64,000 bases of DNA from an uncultured Planctomycetota bacterium. Its GTDB lineage: Bacteria; Planctomycetota; Planctomycetia; Isosphaerales; Isosphaeraceae. Every line of letters starts with the position of its first letter. The stretch's first letter is position 1. A program made the translations under genes and the position numbers. The stretch spans positions 4,576,001 through 4,640,000 of the forward strand of contig CAVTTN010000002.1 in the NCBI GenBank assembly GCA_963737655.1. The letters run 5' to 3'. Positions 19,826 through 29,646 of this stretch are shown piece after piece. Below the pieces are notes generated by a model. The model ran no database searches. It was not told the DNA's origin and worked only from the letters and a program-made list of their open reading frames with translations.

Positions 19826-20956
19826 TCAGGGCAGATCCACGGCGATCGGCGCGGCGGGCACCAGCGTGGCCACCGAGGCGTGAGGCCAGGAGAGGCCGGC
19901 GAAGACCAGCTGGACGGTCTGCGAATATTGAATCTGGGGATAGGTGACCGAGATGGTGATCGGTTGATAGATGGCCGAGGCCGTCCGGACCCGGAAGCCG
20001 GGCAGCGGCAACCCCGGGACGGTGGACGCGGGGTCCAGGTCGATCGAGGAGTTCGCCGGCATGCAGGGGACTTCCAGCGAATACTGGACGGTCTCGATCC
20101 AGAAGGTCGCCGTCATGGTGACCGCGTTGGCGTTCGGGAGGGGGTTGCCGACGAGGAAGGCCATGTCCTGCGTCCCGCCGCCGACCAGCGGGGCGGCCGG
20201 GGCGGTGGCGATGGTCAGCGCGACGGTCTCGGTGATCGCCTGCCCCTGGATCGCGTTGCGGAGGACCGAGTTGGGGTCGTCCAGCATCGCCTGCCAGTCG
20301 GCCAGGGTCAGCGACGTCCCCGGGACGGGCAAGACCTGGGGAATTCGGGGGGTGGCCTGGTTGCTCGCGGTCTGGCTGGGGAACTTGATCGGGCCGCCCC
20401 CGGGGACGAACGGCGTGATGTCCAGGGCCGGGATGGTCGGCGGCCCCGCCGCCGTCGCCGAGGTCCCCTGGGCCAGGATCGTGGCGCCGTGGGGGATCGA
20501 CGCCATCCGGACCACCGAGGGAATCGGCACGGCCGGATTGGTCGTCTCCGGGACGTTCAGCCAGATCCCGGGCTCGAAGTGGATGCCCACGGTCGTATCC
20601 GGGTTCGTCACGTCGTTGACGGTCTGGAGGTACGGCACGCCGTTCAGGAAGAGGTCGGGCTGGACCTCGCCCCGGTTGGGGATCGACCCGAGGGCCTTGG
20701 AGAAGGCGAGCGACTCGGTGGTCACGTTCAATTCGAGGACGTTATCGCTGTTTAGCGGGGGCGCCGACGGCTGGCTCGGCCGGAAGATCGTATTGAACCC
20801 CAGGCCCGCCCATTCGCCGGCGAACTGCGCGAGGGGCCCGAGCGGCGGGTCGATCGCCATGGCCCGAGACGGCCCCTTCGACCCCGGCACCTCGTGGATC
20901 TTGAAGCCCTCCGGGGCCTTGATTCCCACGTCCACCGGATCATTCTGGTCGCTCAT
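19826..20956 (-). CDS. Putative heme-binding beta-barrel protein (nitrobindin/FABP-like 'heme-binding protein' family)
   Basis: LGPL..F.G.W.G.GFN.IFRP, IPNRG, IHFEPG.WL, RMASIPHG, FWIETV, QYSQTV.L.F..L.WPH.SVATL; GGAGG RBS. Confidence 0.7.
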   Translation of the reverse strand: MSDQNDPVDVGIKAPEGFKIHEVPGSKGPSRAMAIDPPLGPLAQFAGEWAGLGFNTIFRPSQPSAPPLNSDNVLELNVTTESLAFSKALGSIPNRGEVQPDLFLNGVPYLQTVNDVTNPDTTVGIHFEPGIWLNVPETTNPAVPIPSVVRMASIPHGATILAQGTSATAAGPPTIPALDITPFVPGGGPIKFPSQTASNQATPRIPQVLPVPGTSLTLADWQAMLDDPNSVLRNAIQGQAITETVALTIATAPAAPLVGGGTQDMAFLVGNPLPNANAVTMTATFWIETVQYSLEVPCMPANSSIDLDPASTVPGLPLPGFRVRTASAIYQPITISVTYPQIQYSQTVQLVFAGLSWPHASVATLVPAAPIAVDLP

Positions 20957-21181
20957 CGTCGATCCTCCCCCGAGGGTTCCCGGACGACCGCGGAGGGCCG
21001 ACCGGTCTGTTGGAGATCTTGGGGCCAAATGCGCCTTTTCCGGTAACTTCTGGACATTTGCAGACTTTACTCGAATCGCCAGGTTCCGGATCGACCTGAG
21101 CAGAGCAGAGCGGAGGCAGACGGTCAACGACCGACCGCCCGGGGCCCGCGATTCCCTCCCGGAAGCGCGAAGAGGTGCCCC

Positions 21182-21310
21182 GTAGAAAACCCCGGTGATG
21201 GAAAGGAATCGAGTAGGTCCGACTTCAGTCGGGCCTGCAAGAATCCTTTTTTCGTAGGCCCGACTGAAGTCGGACCTACTCGATTCCTCATTCTCCATGG
21301 GGTTTTCTAC
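21182..21310. repeat. GTAG-family REPIN-like palindrome
   Basis: 33-bp perfect arms 21204-21236 / 21256-21288 (aggaatcgagtaggtccgacttcagtcgggcct), plus outer 12-bp arms gtagaaaacccc / ggggttttctac. Confidence 0.9.
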
Positions 21311-21324
21311 CGAGCAGCGACGAG

Positions 21325-21384
21325 GGGTGTCGCCCTCGAACCTGGATCTTCCCAAAGGGTGCTCCAGGTTCCAGGGCGACACCC
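21325..21384. repeat. Inverted repeat (22-bp arms, 1 mismatch)
   Basis: gggtgtcgccctcgaacctgga ... tccaggttccagggcgacaccc with a 16-nt loop. Confidence 0.8.
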
Positions 21385-21677
21385 GGCGACGAGTCGCGAG
21401 GATCTTGCCCACAGGTCTGTCGCATGTTAACTTCCTCGAACCTGGGAGGATGCCTTGACCGAGATCGCTCCGGGATCGCCTTTCCCGCCGATCCATGAGT
21501 CCTCATCGCCGTTCGTTCCGGGTCCCGGGAGGACGACTCCGAGGCCGCTGAGGTCGTATGCCCATCCTCCGGGGCCTTCCCGGAGGCCTGCTCCGCGGGG
21601 TCTCCGGAGACTTCCAGGAGCCAGCAACGCCGTTCGAGGGTCAGGACCATCCCCGGATCGGAAATGGAGTCATCGCG

Positions 21678-22502
21678 ATGGTGTTCATCCCGAATCCGTT
21701 TAGCAGCAAGGCGACGAACCTCAAGAGGGGCCTGCGGGATCGCACGGAGGGGAAGCGGCTGTTCAACGTCGTGGGCGACCCGACGGCTCGTGATGTGATC
21801 GACCTGATCGTGACCCACAACTGCACGGCGGCGATCAACGCGGGCTGGAGCTATGACCAGCTCTTCGGGGCGGCCGATCAATACATCACGGCCGACATCG
21901 CGAACATCCTGGGTGCCTCGCTGCGGCTGGCGAACCTGGTGGGGGACTTCCAGGCCGGGCTGCTCGGCCCCCAGATCGCCGGGCCGAACATCCTGGCTCC
22001 GGCGAACTATCACGTGGCCGTCGGCGACAACGCGGCCACCCAGGCCGCGAAGTGGATCTGCAATTCGTCCAACACGCTGGGCATGGGCCATCTCGCGGCC
22101 GTCCGGAACGTCTTGCAGCTCGCGATCGCCGGCAACCTGGACATGGAGAACCGCCAGCACCTCCTGATGATCAACAACGCCACGAACCTGGGCGCCGCCG
22201 GCCCGGCATTCCGGGGCGTGGCGCTGCCCCCGGGCAAGATCCCGAGCAGCCCGTCCGGGGCCTGGCTCCTGAATCAGGCCCTGATCCTGATCCACGGGCA
22301 TGCCGCCCTGGGCGGGGTCGGCAACCCGACCTGGCGCGACCTGGCCTGCTACCTGCTCGGGGCGATCATCCGATGCCACGGATACACCGACGGCAACGGC
22401 CGGACCGCTCGGGCGGCCTACGCCATCTGCGTCCTCCGGGGCGGGGGCGCCGGATTCGACGCGCCGACGGTCGCCTTCGAGCAGACGCTCCACGGCCTCT
22501 GA
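21678..22502 (+). CDS. Fic (Fido) domain protein, putative AMPylase, VopS-like C-terminus
   Basis: Motif HGYTDGNGRTAR at 22377-22412 (canonical HxFx[D/E]GNGRxxR); GGAG RBS before ATG 21678. Confidence 0.85.
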   Translation: MVFIPNPFSSKATNLKRGLRDRTEGKRLFNVVGDPTARDVIDLIVTHNCTAAINAGWSYDQLFGAADQYITADIANILGASLRLANLVGDFQAGLLGPQIAGPNILAPANYHVAVGDNAATQAAKWICNSSNTLGMGHLAAVRNVLQLAIAGNLDMENRQHLLMINNATNLGAAGPAFRGVALPPGKIPSSPSGAWLLNQALILIHGHAALGGVGNPTWRDLACYLLGAIIRCHGYTDGNGRTARAAYAICVLRGGGAGFDAPTVAFEQTLHGL

Positions 22503-22697
22503 TCCCGCGGGGTCCGTCGCCCGAGACGGCCGGCAGGGCGCCGACCTCCGGCCGATTTCTCTCCCCTGGCGCCGTCGGGCCCCGTACAATGGGTCCTCGG
22601 TGGGGCCGATCGGCCCCGAGGTGCTCTTCTCGGGATCTCCACCTTGGATACTCCTTCCGCGAGCGGCGTCCGGCCCGGCCTGGCCGAGTCGATCGAG

Positions 22698-23935
22698 ATG
22701 CCCAGCCCGTTTGTTGATGAGACCGTCTCCGAGGTCACCGAGAGGGCCATCCCGATTCGTCCCAGCGACCTGATCCGCTCCCTCTCGGCCGACTCCCGGC
22801 TCGAACCGGCCGAGCGCCCCGGTTCGAGCAGTTCTGCCGCCTTTTGGGATCGGTGTTTCACTATGAATATTTCGAGTGGCTGACCGAGCTGAAGGACCTG
22901 TATTCGCCCCTCGACCCCGACTCCGATTGCGCCGACATCGTCGATTGCTCGCGGGCCCTGACCGACGACTCCGACGAGGCGTTCCTCCGGCCGTTCGAGG
23001 CCGCGTTGATCCGCGCCAACTATCGGCCGTTGAAGCTGGAAGTGCTTGAGAAGGCCGTCGCCGCCCCGAACGAGCTCGGGCTGAACTACGTGCCCAACTT
23101 CAAGCTGTTCGAGCACCTGAAGGTCTACGTGAGGGGCCAGACGAAGGTCTCTCGGCTGGTCCGCAGCTTCCGCACCAAGTTCCGCAAGCGCGAGATCATC
23201 CACCCGAGCTACTCGCGGATGGTCGTGATCCTCAAGTTCCGCAAGGACGCCAAGCTCGACCAGTTCGCCCGGTCCGACGTGCTGTACTTGCGGATGTTCA
23301 AGGACGTCCCCCACGTCGATATGGAGATGCATCTGCCCGAGCAGGGCGTCCGGGTCAAGATGAGGATGATCGACAAGGCGCAGATCGGCTCCCCCCTGGT
23401 GGCGTTCCCGGCCACCCTGGCCGCGAAGCTCGCCGGGGCGGTCTTCTTCGGCCTGTCCATGCCGTCCCTGGCCATCGGCGGGCTGATCCTGGCGCCGGTC
23501 ACCGCCGGGGTGAATTCGTTCTTCGGGTTCCAGCGGGCCAAGCAGAAGCACCTGGCCCACATGATCCGCCACCTGTATTACCTGACGCTGGCCAACAACG
23601 GCAGCGTGATCACCCGGTTGATCGACTCGGCCGAGGAGGAGGAGTTCAAGGAGGCCCTGCTCGCGTATTTCTTCCTGCTGAAGTCCGAGGAGCACGACGT
23701 CTGGGACCAGCCCCGGCTGGATGCGGCCGTCGAGCACTTCCTGAACGAGGCCACCGGGCTGGTGGTCGATTTCGAGGTCGGCGACGCGGTGAAGAAGCTC
23801 CTGAGGCTGGGCCTGGTCCGCGACGACGGCGGCCGTCTCCTGGCGGTGTCGCTCGATCAGGCGTTGGCGTCGCTCGATGCCCAGTGGGACAATTACTTCC
23901 GGTTCCACGCCCCGGCCGTGATCACCCGGCCGTGA
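22698..23935 (+). CDS. DUF3754/TMEM143 family protein; apparent indel near 22830-22845
   Basis: ERAIPIRP N-terminus in one frame; [58 protein letters not shown] in the next. Confidence 0.85.
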
Positions 23936-24014
23936 TCGGCCCGGGGCGGATTCGCGGGATCGCGTCGAGCCGGCCCTGGCCCTTGCCTCCTGGTCCCCCT
24001 GTCGAGGCGACGCC

Positions 24015-27000
24015 ATGGACGAGGAGACGATTCTCGCCCCCTCCGCCCGGGGAGGCGCCCTCCCGGTCGCCGGGGACTCGGGGCCAGACACCGCGGGGCC
24101 GCTCCGAGATCTCGCCGACGATTCGACGATCGTGGGGCCGGGCCCCCCGCCGGTGTCCGAGGGCGGTCCGGGCGAAGGAATCGGCCCGTACCGGCTCGTC
24201 CGGGAGATCGGCGAAGGTGGGATGGGCGTGGTGTTCCTGGCCGAGCAGGAGAGGCCCGTCCGCCGCCGGGTGGCCCTGAAGCTGATCAGGCCGGGGATGG
24301 ACACCGGCCGGGTCGTCGCGCGGTTCGAGCTCGAGCGCCAGGCCCTGGCGCTGATGGAGCACCCGAACATCGCCCGGGTGCTGGACGCCGGCGCGACCGG
24401 GGACGGCCGCCCGTTCTTCGTCATGGAGCTGGTGGACGGCATCGCCCTGACCCAGTATTGCGACCGACAGGCCCTGACGCCCCGCGAGCGGCTGGAGATC
24501 TTCGTCCTGGTCTGCCAGGCGATCCAGCACGCCCATCAAAAGGGCGTGATCCATCGCGACATCAAGCCCTCCAACGTCCTGGTCGCGCTGCATGACGGGC
24601 GGCACGTCCCCAAGGTGATCGACTTCGGCGTCGCCAAGGCGATCGGCGAGCCCTTGACCGACGATACCGACGCCACCCAGTTCGGCATGATCGTCGGGAC
24701 CCTGGAGTACATGAGCCCGGAGCAGGCCGACCCGGGATCGATGGACGTCGATACCCGAGCGGACATCTACTCGCTGGGCGCCCTGCTGTACGAGTTGCTC
24801 GTCGGCTCGACCCCCCTGGTCCGCGAGAAGATCCGGGGGGTCGCCCATTCCGAGGTCCTCCGCCGGATCCGCGAGGAGTCCCCCCCGACTCCCAGCGCTC
24901 GGCTCGCCGCCTCCAAGGGGGTGGCGGCGATCGCGGCGTCTCGGCAGACGGAGCCGCCCGGCTGGCCCGCCTGGCTCGGGGCGACCTGGACTGGATGATC
25001 ATGAAGGCCCTGGAGAAGGACCGCTCGCGCCGATACGACACGGCCGCCGCCCTGGCCCTGGACGTCCGCCGCTACCTCCAGGACGAGCCGGTCTCGGCGG
25101 GGCCGCCGACGGCCCGGTATCGGCTCGGCAAGTTCGTGAAGCGGAACCGGGCGGCCGTGGCGATGGGCTCGGCCGTCGCCGGGCTGGCGGCCCTGGCGGT
25201 CGTCGGCCTGGTCGTCGGGCTGGTGATGGTCAATTCCGCCCGGGAGAGGGCCGACTCGGCGCTCCTGAGGGAGATCGCCGAGAGGCAGGAGAAGGAGAAG
25301 GCCCTCGCCGCCGAGACGCGGGCCAAGACCCGGACGGCGGAGGCCCTGAGGAGGCTCACCGACGTCGTCGTGGGCGACCTCCTGGGCCAGAAGGTCGCCC
25401 TGGGCGATCGAGAGAAGCGGTTCCTCCGCGACCTGGCCGGGATGTTCGAGGACTTCACCCGGGAGGACGGCGACTCGCCCTCGGCCCGGGCCCTCCGCGC
25501 CGACGGCTCCTACGAGGTGGGGATCATCCGGTCCCGCCTCGGCGAGCTGGCGGAGGCGGAACCGGAATACCGCCGGGCCGTCGCCCTCCTGACGCGCCTG
25601 GTCGACGAGTCCCCGGGACTGGCCGAGCCTCGGCACAAGCTGGCCAACGCCCTGGACCGGCTCGGCGCCCTGCTCGCCGCCCTGGAGAGGCCGACCGAGG
25701 CCGAGGCCGAGTACCGCCGGGCGATCGCGGTCTGGGACCGGCTGGCGACCGACTTCCCCGAGAACCCCTCCCACGTTCCGGACCTGGGCGCGAGCCTGAA
25801 CAACCTCGCCATCTTGCTGGTGGACCAGGGTCGCCAGGCGGAGGCGGAGGTCGTATTCCGGCGGATGGTCGTCGCTCGCGAAAAGCTCGCCGCCGCCTCG
25901 CCCCGGAGCCCCGACCGTCAGTTCGCTCTGGCCTCGAGCTTGATCAACCTCGGCGTCGTCCTGGTCGAGACCGGTCGAGGGCCGGAAGCCGAGCCGCTCT
26001 ATCGCCGGGCCCTGACCCTCCACGAGCGGATCGACCGGGAGGCCGGCGACGTCCTGGTCTATCGGGTCCAGTACGCTCGATGCCTGAACAACCTGGCCAA
26101 CGTCCTCCAGGACCCGCAGGAGTGGGCCGAGGCCGAGGGCTATTACGAGAGGTCCGTCGCGATCCGGGAGCGGCTCGCCTCGGACTTCCCGTCGGTCCCC
26201 GCGTATCGGAGCGAGCTGGCCGGCGGGCTCGACAACCTGGCCAACGTCCTGAGGAAGCAGGGGAAGCTCGCCGAGATCGAGGGGATCCAGAGGCGTGTCC
26301 AGGCGATCCGGGACCGCCTGGCGGCCGAATCCCCGACCTCGTCGGGGAACCAGGTGAAGCTGGCGGGGGGATTGGTGAACGCCGGGATCGCGACGGCGGC
26401 CCGGGGGAAGCCGGCCGAGGCCCTGAAATCCTATGACAAGGCCATCGCCCTGCTCGAGAGCGTCCTCGACCGGACGAGGGACGACGCCACCGCCCGCCTG
26501 TTCCTCCGCAACGCCCGCTGGTCCCGCGCCCAGGCCCTGGAGGCGCTCGATCGTCGCGACGAGGCGGCCCGCGAGTGGCAGAAGGCGGCCGAAACCGACC
26601 CCGAGCCGAAGCAGGTCAGCTCCCGGATCTCGTTCGCCCTGTGCCTGGCCCACGGGCAGCGACCGGCCCGGGCGGTCCCCGTGGCGGAGTCCCTCCTGGC
26701 CGATCTCCCGGACTCGCCCCCGGTCCTTTACAACTCCGCCCGGGTCTTCGCCCGGGCCGCCCTGGCCGATCCCGGAGGACCGGAGAGGCTCGCCTCCTCC
26801 GCCGTGGGCCTCCTGAAAAAGCTCGTCGAGGCCGGTTACGACCAGATCGAACAACTGGAGGCGGAACCCGACTTCGGCCCGATCCGCGATCGCGACGACT
26901 ATCGCAAGGTCGTCAGCCGGATGAAGGCCAGGACGCCGGCTGTCCCCCGAAAATCCCCGAATGACCGCCGAGCCGCCAGGAAGCCCTCTCCGGCGGAGCC

Positions 27001-27028
27001 TCAACCCGGGCGATTGACGCCCCGCTAG
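24015..27028 (+). CDS. Ser/Thr kinase with TM helix and TPR repeats; 1-nt deletion near 24954
   Basis: [28 protein letters not shown]. Restoring one C gives [26 protein letters not shown], joining the TPR ORF 24995-27028. Confidence 0.9.
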
Positions 27029-27037
27029 AATGGATTC

Positions 27038-28624
27038 ATGTCGCTCAAGGTCGCCAACCTCCGCCTGGCCCTCGATGAGCCCGAAGAGGCCCTGCCCGAC
27101 CACCTCGCGCACCGGTTGGGCGTGGGACGGGCCGACATCGCCCGATGGCGGATCTTGCGCAAGAGCCTGGACGCCAGGAAGCACGACGAGATCCATTTCG
27201 TCTACTCGGCCGAGGTCGAGATCCCCGGGGCCGAGGCCAGGATCGCCGGGCCGGACGTCGAGCGGTTCGAGCCCGTCGGATTCGACTGGCCGAGCCCCGG
27301 GCCAGGACGGCTGGCCCATCGGCCGGTGATCGTCGGATCGGGGCCGGCGGGCCTGTTCGCCGGGTATTTCCTGGCCCTGGACGGGTACTCGCCGATCGTC
27401 CTGGAGAGGGGCCGGGACGTGAAGGACCGCGTGGCCGACGTCCGCCGGTTCGACTCGGGGGGCACGCTCGACCCCGAGAGCAATTACCTCTTCGGCGAGG
27501 GCGGCGCCGGCACGTTCAGCGACGGCAAGCTCACCAGCCGCGGGACCGGGCCGGACGTCCAGAAAGTCCTCGAAGTGCTCAGCGAATGCCACGGGAAGCC
27601 GTCGCTGGTGTACGAGCACCGCCCTCATCTCGGATCGAACCGATTGCCGCTGGTCGTCCGGACCCTGAGGCGAAAGCTGGAGAACCTGGGCGGAGAAGTC
27701 CGGTTCTCGTGCCGGGTCGAGGATCTGGAGATCCAGGACGGGCGATTGACGGGCCTGGGCACCAGCTCGGGGCGGATCGCGGCGGACCTGGCCGTTTTGG
27801 CGATCGGCCATAGCGCGCGGGATACGTATTCGATGCTCCTGAGGCGGAACATCCCGCTCGAAGCCAAGGCGTTCCAGCTCGGGGTGAGGATCGAGCAGCC
27901 CCAGGAGCAGGTGGACGAGGCCCGGTACGGCCCGAGCGCGGGGCATTCGGCCCTGGGCGCGGCCGATTACAACCTGGTGGCGAACGTTCGAGGTCGGGAC
28001 CTCTTCACGTTCTGCATGTGCGCCGGCGGCTACGTGATGCCCAGCGTCAGCGAGCCGGGCTATTTCTGCACCAACGGGATGAGCGAGAGCCGGCACGACT
28101 CGCCGTTCGCCAACAGCGGGCTGGTGATGACGATCTCGCCCGAGGAGACCGGCAGCCGCCACCCCCTGGCCGGAGTCCATTATCAGCAACGGGCCGAGAG
28201 GCTCGCGTATCTGGCCGGAGGGCGGAAATACGAGGCGCCGATCCAGTGGGTGCGCGACTTCCTCGCCGATCGGCCGAGCCGGGGGCGGGTGCCCTCCAGC
28301 TACCCGAGGGGCGTGGCGCCGATCGACCTGGGCCTGATCCTCCCCCCGATCGTCCTGGAGACGCTGGAGCGAGGCTTGCCGATCCTCGACCGGCGGTTCG
28401 GCGGCCTGTTCTTGAAGAACGCGACGCTGACGGGCCCGGAATCGCGAGGGTCCTCGCCGGTGAGGATCCCTCGCGACGACCTGACCCGGCAATCGCCGAG
28501 CGTGGCGGGGCTGTATCCCTGCGGCGAGGGGGCCGGTTACGCCGGGGGGATCGTCAGCGCGGCCGTCGACGGCCTGAGGACGGCCCGCGCGATCGTCGCC
28601 CGGTTCGCGCCGGCCGGCCGATAG
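27038..28624 (+). CDS. NAD(P)/FAD-dependent oxidoreductase (COG2509-like)
   Basis: VGSGPAGLFA, FGEGGAGTFSDGKL, FCMCAGG, GEGAGYAGGIVSAAVDG. Confidence 0.92.
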   Translation: MSLKVANLRLALDEPEEALPDHLAHRLGVGRADIARWRILRKSLDARKHDEIHFVYSAEVEIPGAEARIAGPDVERFEPVGFDWPSPGPGRLAHRPVIVGSGPAGLFAGYFLALDGYSPIVLERGRDVKDRVADVRRFDSGGTLDPESNYLFGEGGAGTFSDGKLTSRGTGPDVQKVLEVLSECHGKPSLVYEHRPHLGSNRLPLVVRTLRRKLENLGGEVRFSCRVEDLEIQDGRLTGLGTSSGRIAADLAVLAIGHSARDTYSMLLRRNIPLEAKAFQLGVRIEQPQEQVDEARYGPSAGHSALGAADYNLVANVRGRDLFTFCMCAGGYVMPSVSEPGYFCTNGMSESRHDSPFANSGLVMTISPEETGSRHPLAGVHYQQRAERLAYLAGGRKYEAPIQWVRDFLADRPSRGRVPSSYPRGVAPIDLGLILPPIVLETLERGLPILDRRFGGLFLKNATLTGPESRGSSPVRIPRDDLTRQSPSVAGLYPCGEGAGYAGGIVSAAVDGLRTARAIVARFAPAGR

Positions 28625-28645
28625 ATTCGATTGCGGCCCTCCTCC

Positions 28646-29338
28646 TCAGCGGGCCGCCGCGGCGAGCCGGGCGTGGGGCAAGACGGCCGTGGCCTCCGCG
28701 TCGGCGACGCCCTCGGTGATCAGGAACGGGGCGAACCCGCGATGGACCTTCTGGGAGACCCCGGCGAACCCGGCCCCCCGGAAGAGCTCGCGAAGCTGGC
28801 GGGCGGAGGCGTGATGCACGTCCCCTTCCACGCCCGCCACGCACACGTCGTAGATGAACCAGCCCCAGGGCCGATCGCGATAGCCGTCGATCAGCATCAG
28901 GCGGCCCTTGGGCTTCAGGACCCGATGCATCTCGGCCACGGCGCGGTCCTGATGCGGGTAGTGGTGGAAGCTATTGGCGCAGGTGATCACGTCGAACGAG
29001 CCGTCGGCGAACGGCAGGCGCTCGCTATCGCCCTGGATCGGGGTCACGTCGGCGGCGTGCCTCTTCCACCGCTCGGCCCCCTTGGCCAGCATCCCGCGGA
29101 CGAGGTCGATGCCCCAGACCTGCGCTTTCGGCAACGCCTCGCGAATCCTCGCCGCGAAGACGCCGGTGCCGCAGCCGACGTCGAGGATCTTGATCGGCCG
29201 GTCGCCGAACCGCCCCCGAATCCCCTTGATGATCGCCCGGTGAGACGGGCCGAACAACAGGGTCTGGAGGATGCAGCGGTCGTAATTCTCGCTCCAGCGA
29301 GTGAACTCGTGGGTCGCCTGGGTCTTGTCGTAAGCCAT
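28646..29338 (-). CDS. Class I SAM-dependent methyltransferase (UbiE-like)
   Basis: ILDVGCGTG, GDSERLPFADGSFD, RVLKPKG; AAGGAGG RBS. Confidence 0.92.
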   Translation of the reverse strand: MAYDKTQATHEFTRWSENYDRCILQTLLFGPSHRAIIKGIRGRFGDRPIKILDVGCGTGVFAARIREALPKAQVWGIDLVRGMLAKGAERWKRHAADVTPIQGDSERLPFADGSFDVITCANSFHHYPHQDRAVAEMHRVLKPKGRLMLIDGYRDRPWGWFIYDVCVAGVEGDVHHASARQLRELFRGAGFAGVSQKVHRGFAPFLITEGVADAEATAVLPHARLAAAAR

Positions 29339-29646
29339 GTCGCCTCCTTGCGCCCGTCGAAAGGTGGGGCGTAGAGTTATCCCATTTCTCGGATGAGAGC
29401 AAGAGCGATACCGAATTTGATCCGGGCGGAGGGATCATCGCCGAGTCACGGCTTGATCGCCAGGGCCCCGGGCCCGGCCCGATCGGATCGTTCGGCTCGC
29501 GGGCTGGCCTTCCGCGAGGGTCGTTTTCCGGTTAGAATCGGCCTCGGCTGGGGACGGCGCCCCCATCCGGAACCTGCTCGTCCCGGCCTTCGACCCGTTC
29601 GGGTCGTCGCGCGTGGGACGGTTTTCGAGGCTTTCCAGGAGGCGCC

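Noticed and set aside
24940..24998. Programmed ribosomal frameshift in the kinase-TPR gene
   Set aside because: No slippery heptamer; same pattern as the many other single-base indels.
24767..28492. Very long antisense ORFs (e.g. 24767-28492, 974-3688, 29446-32319, 5791-8259)
   Set aside because: Shadow frames opposite well-supported genes, as expected in high-GC DNA with few stop codons; no motifs.
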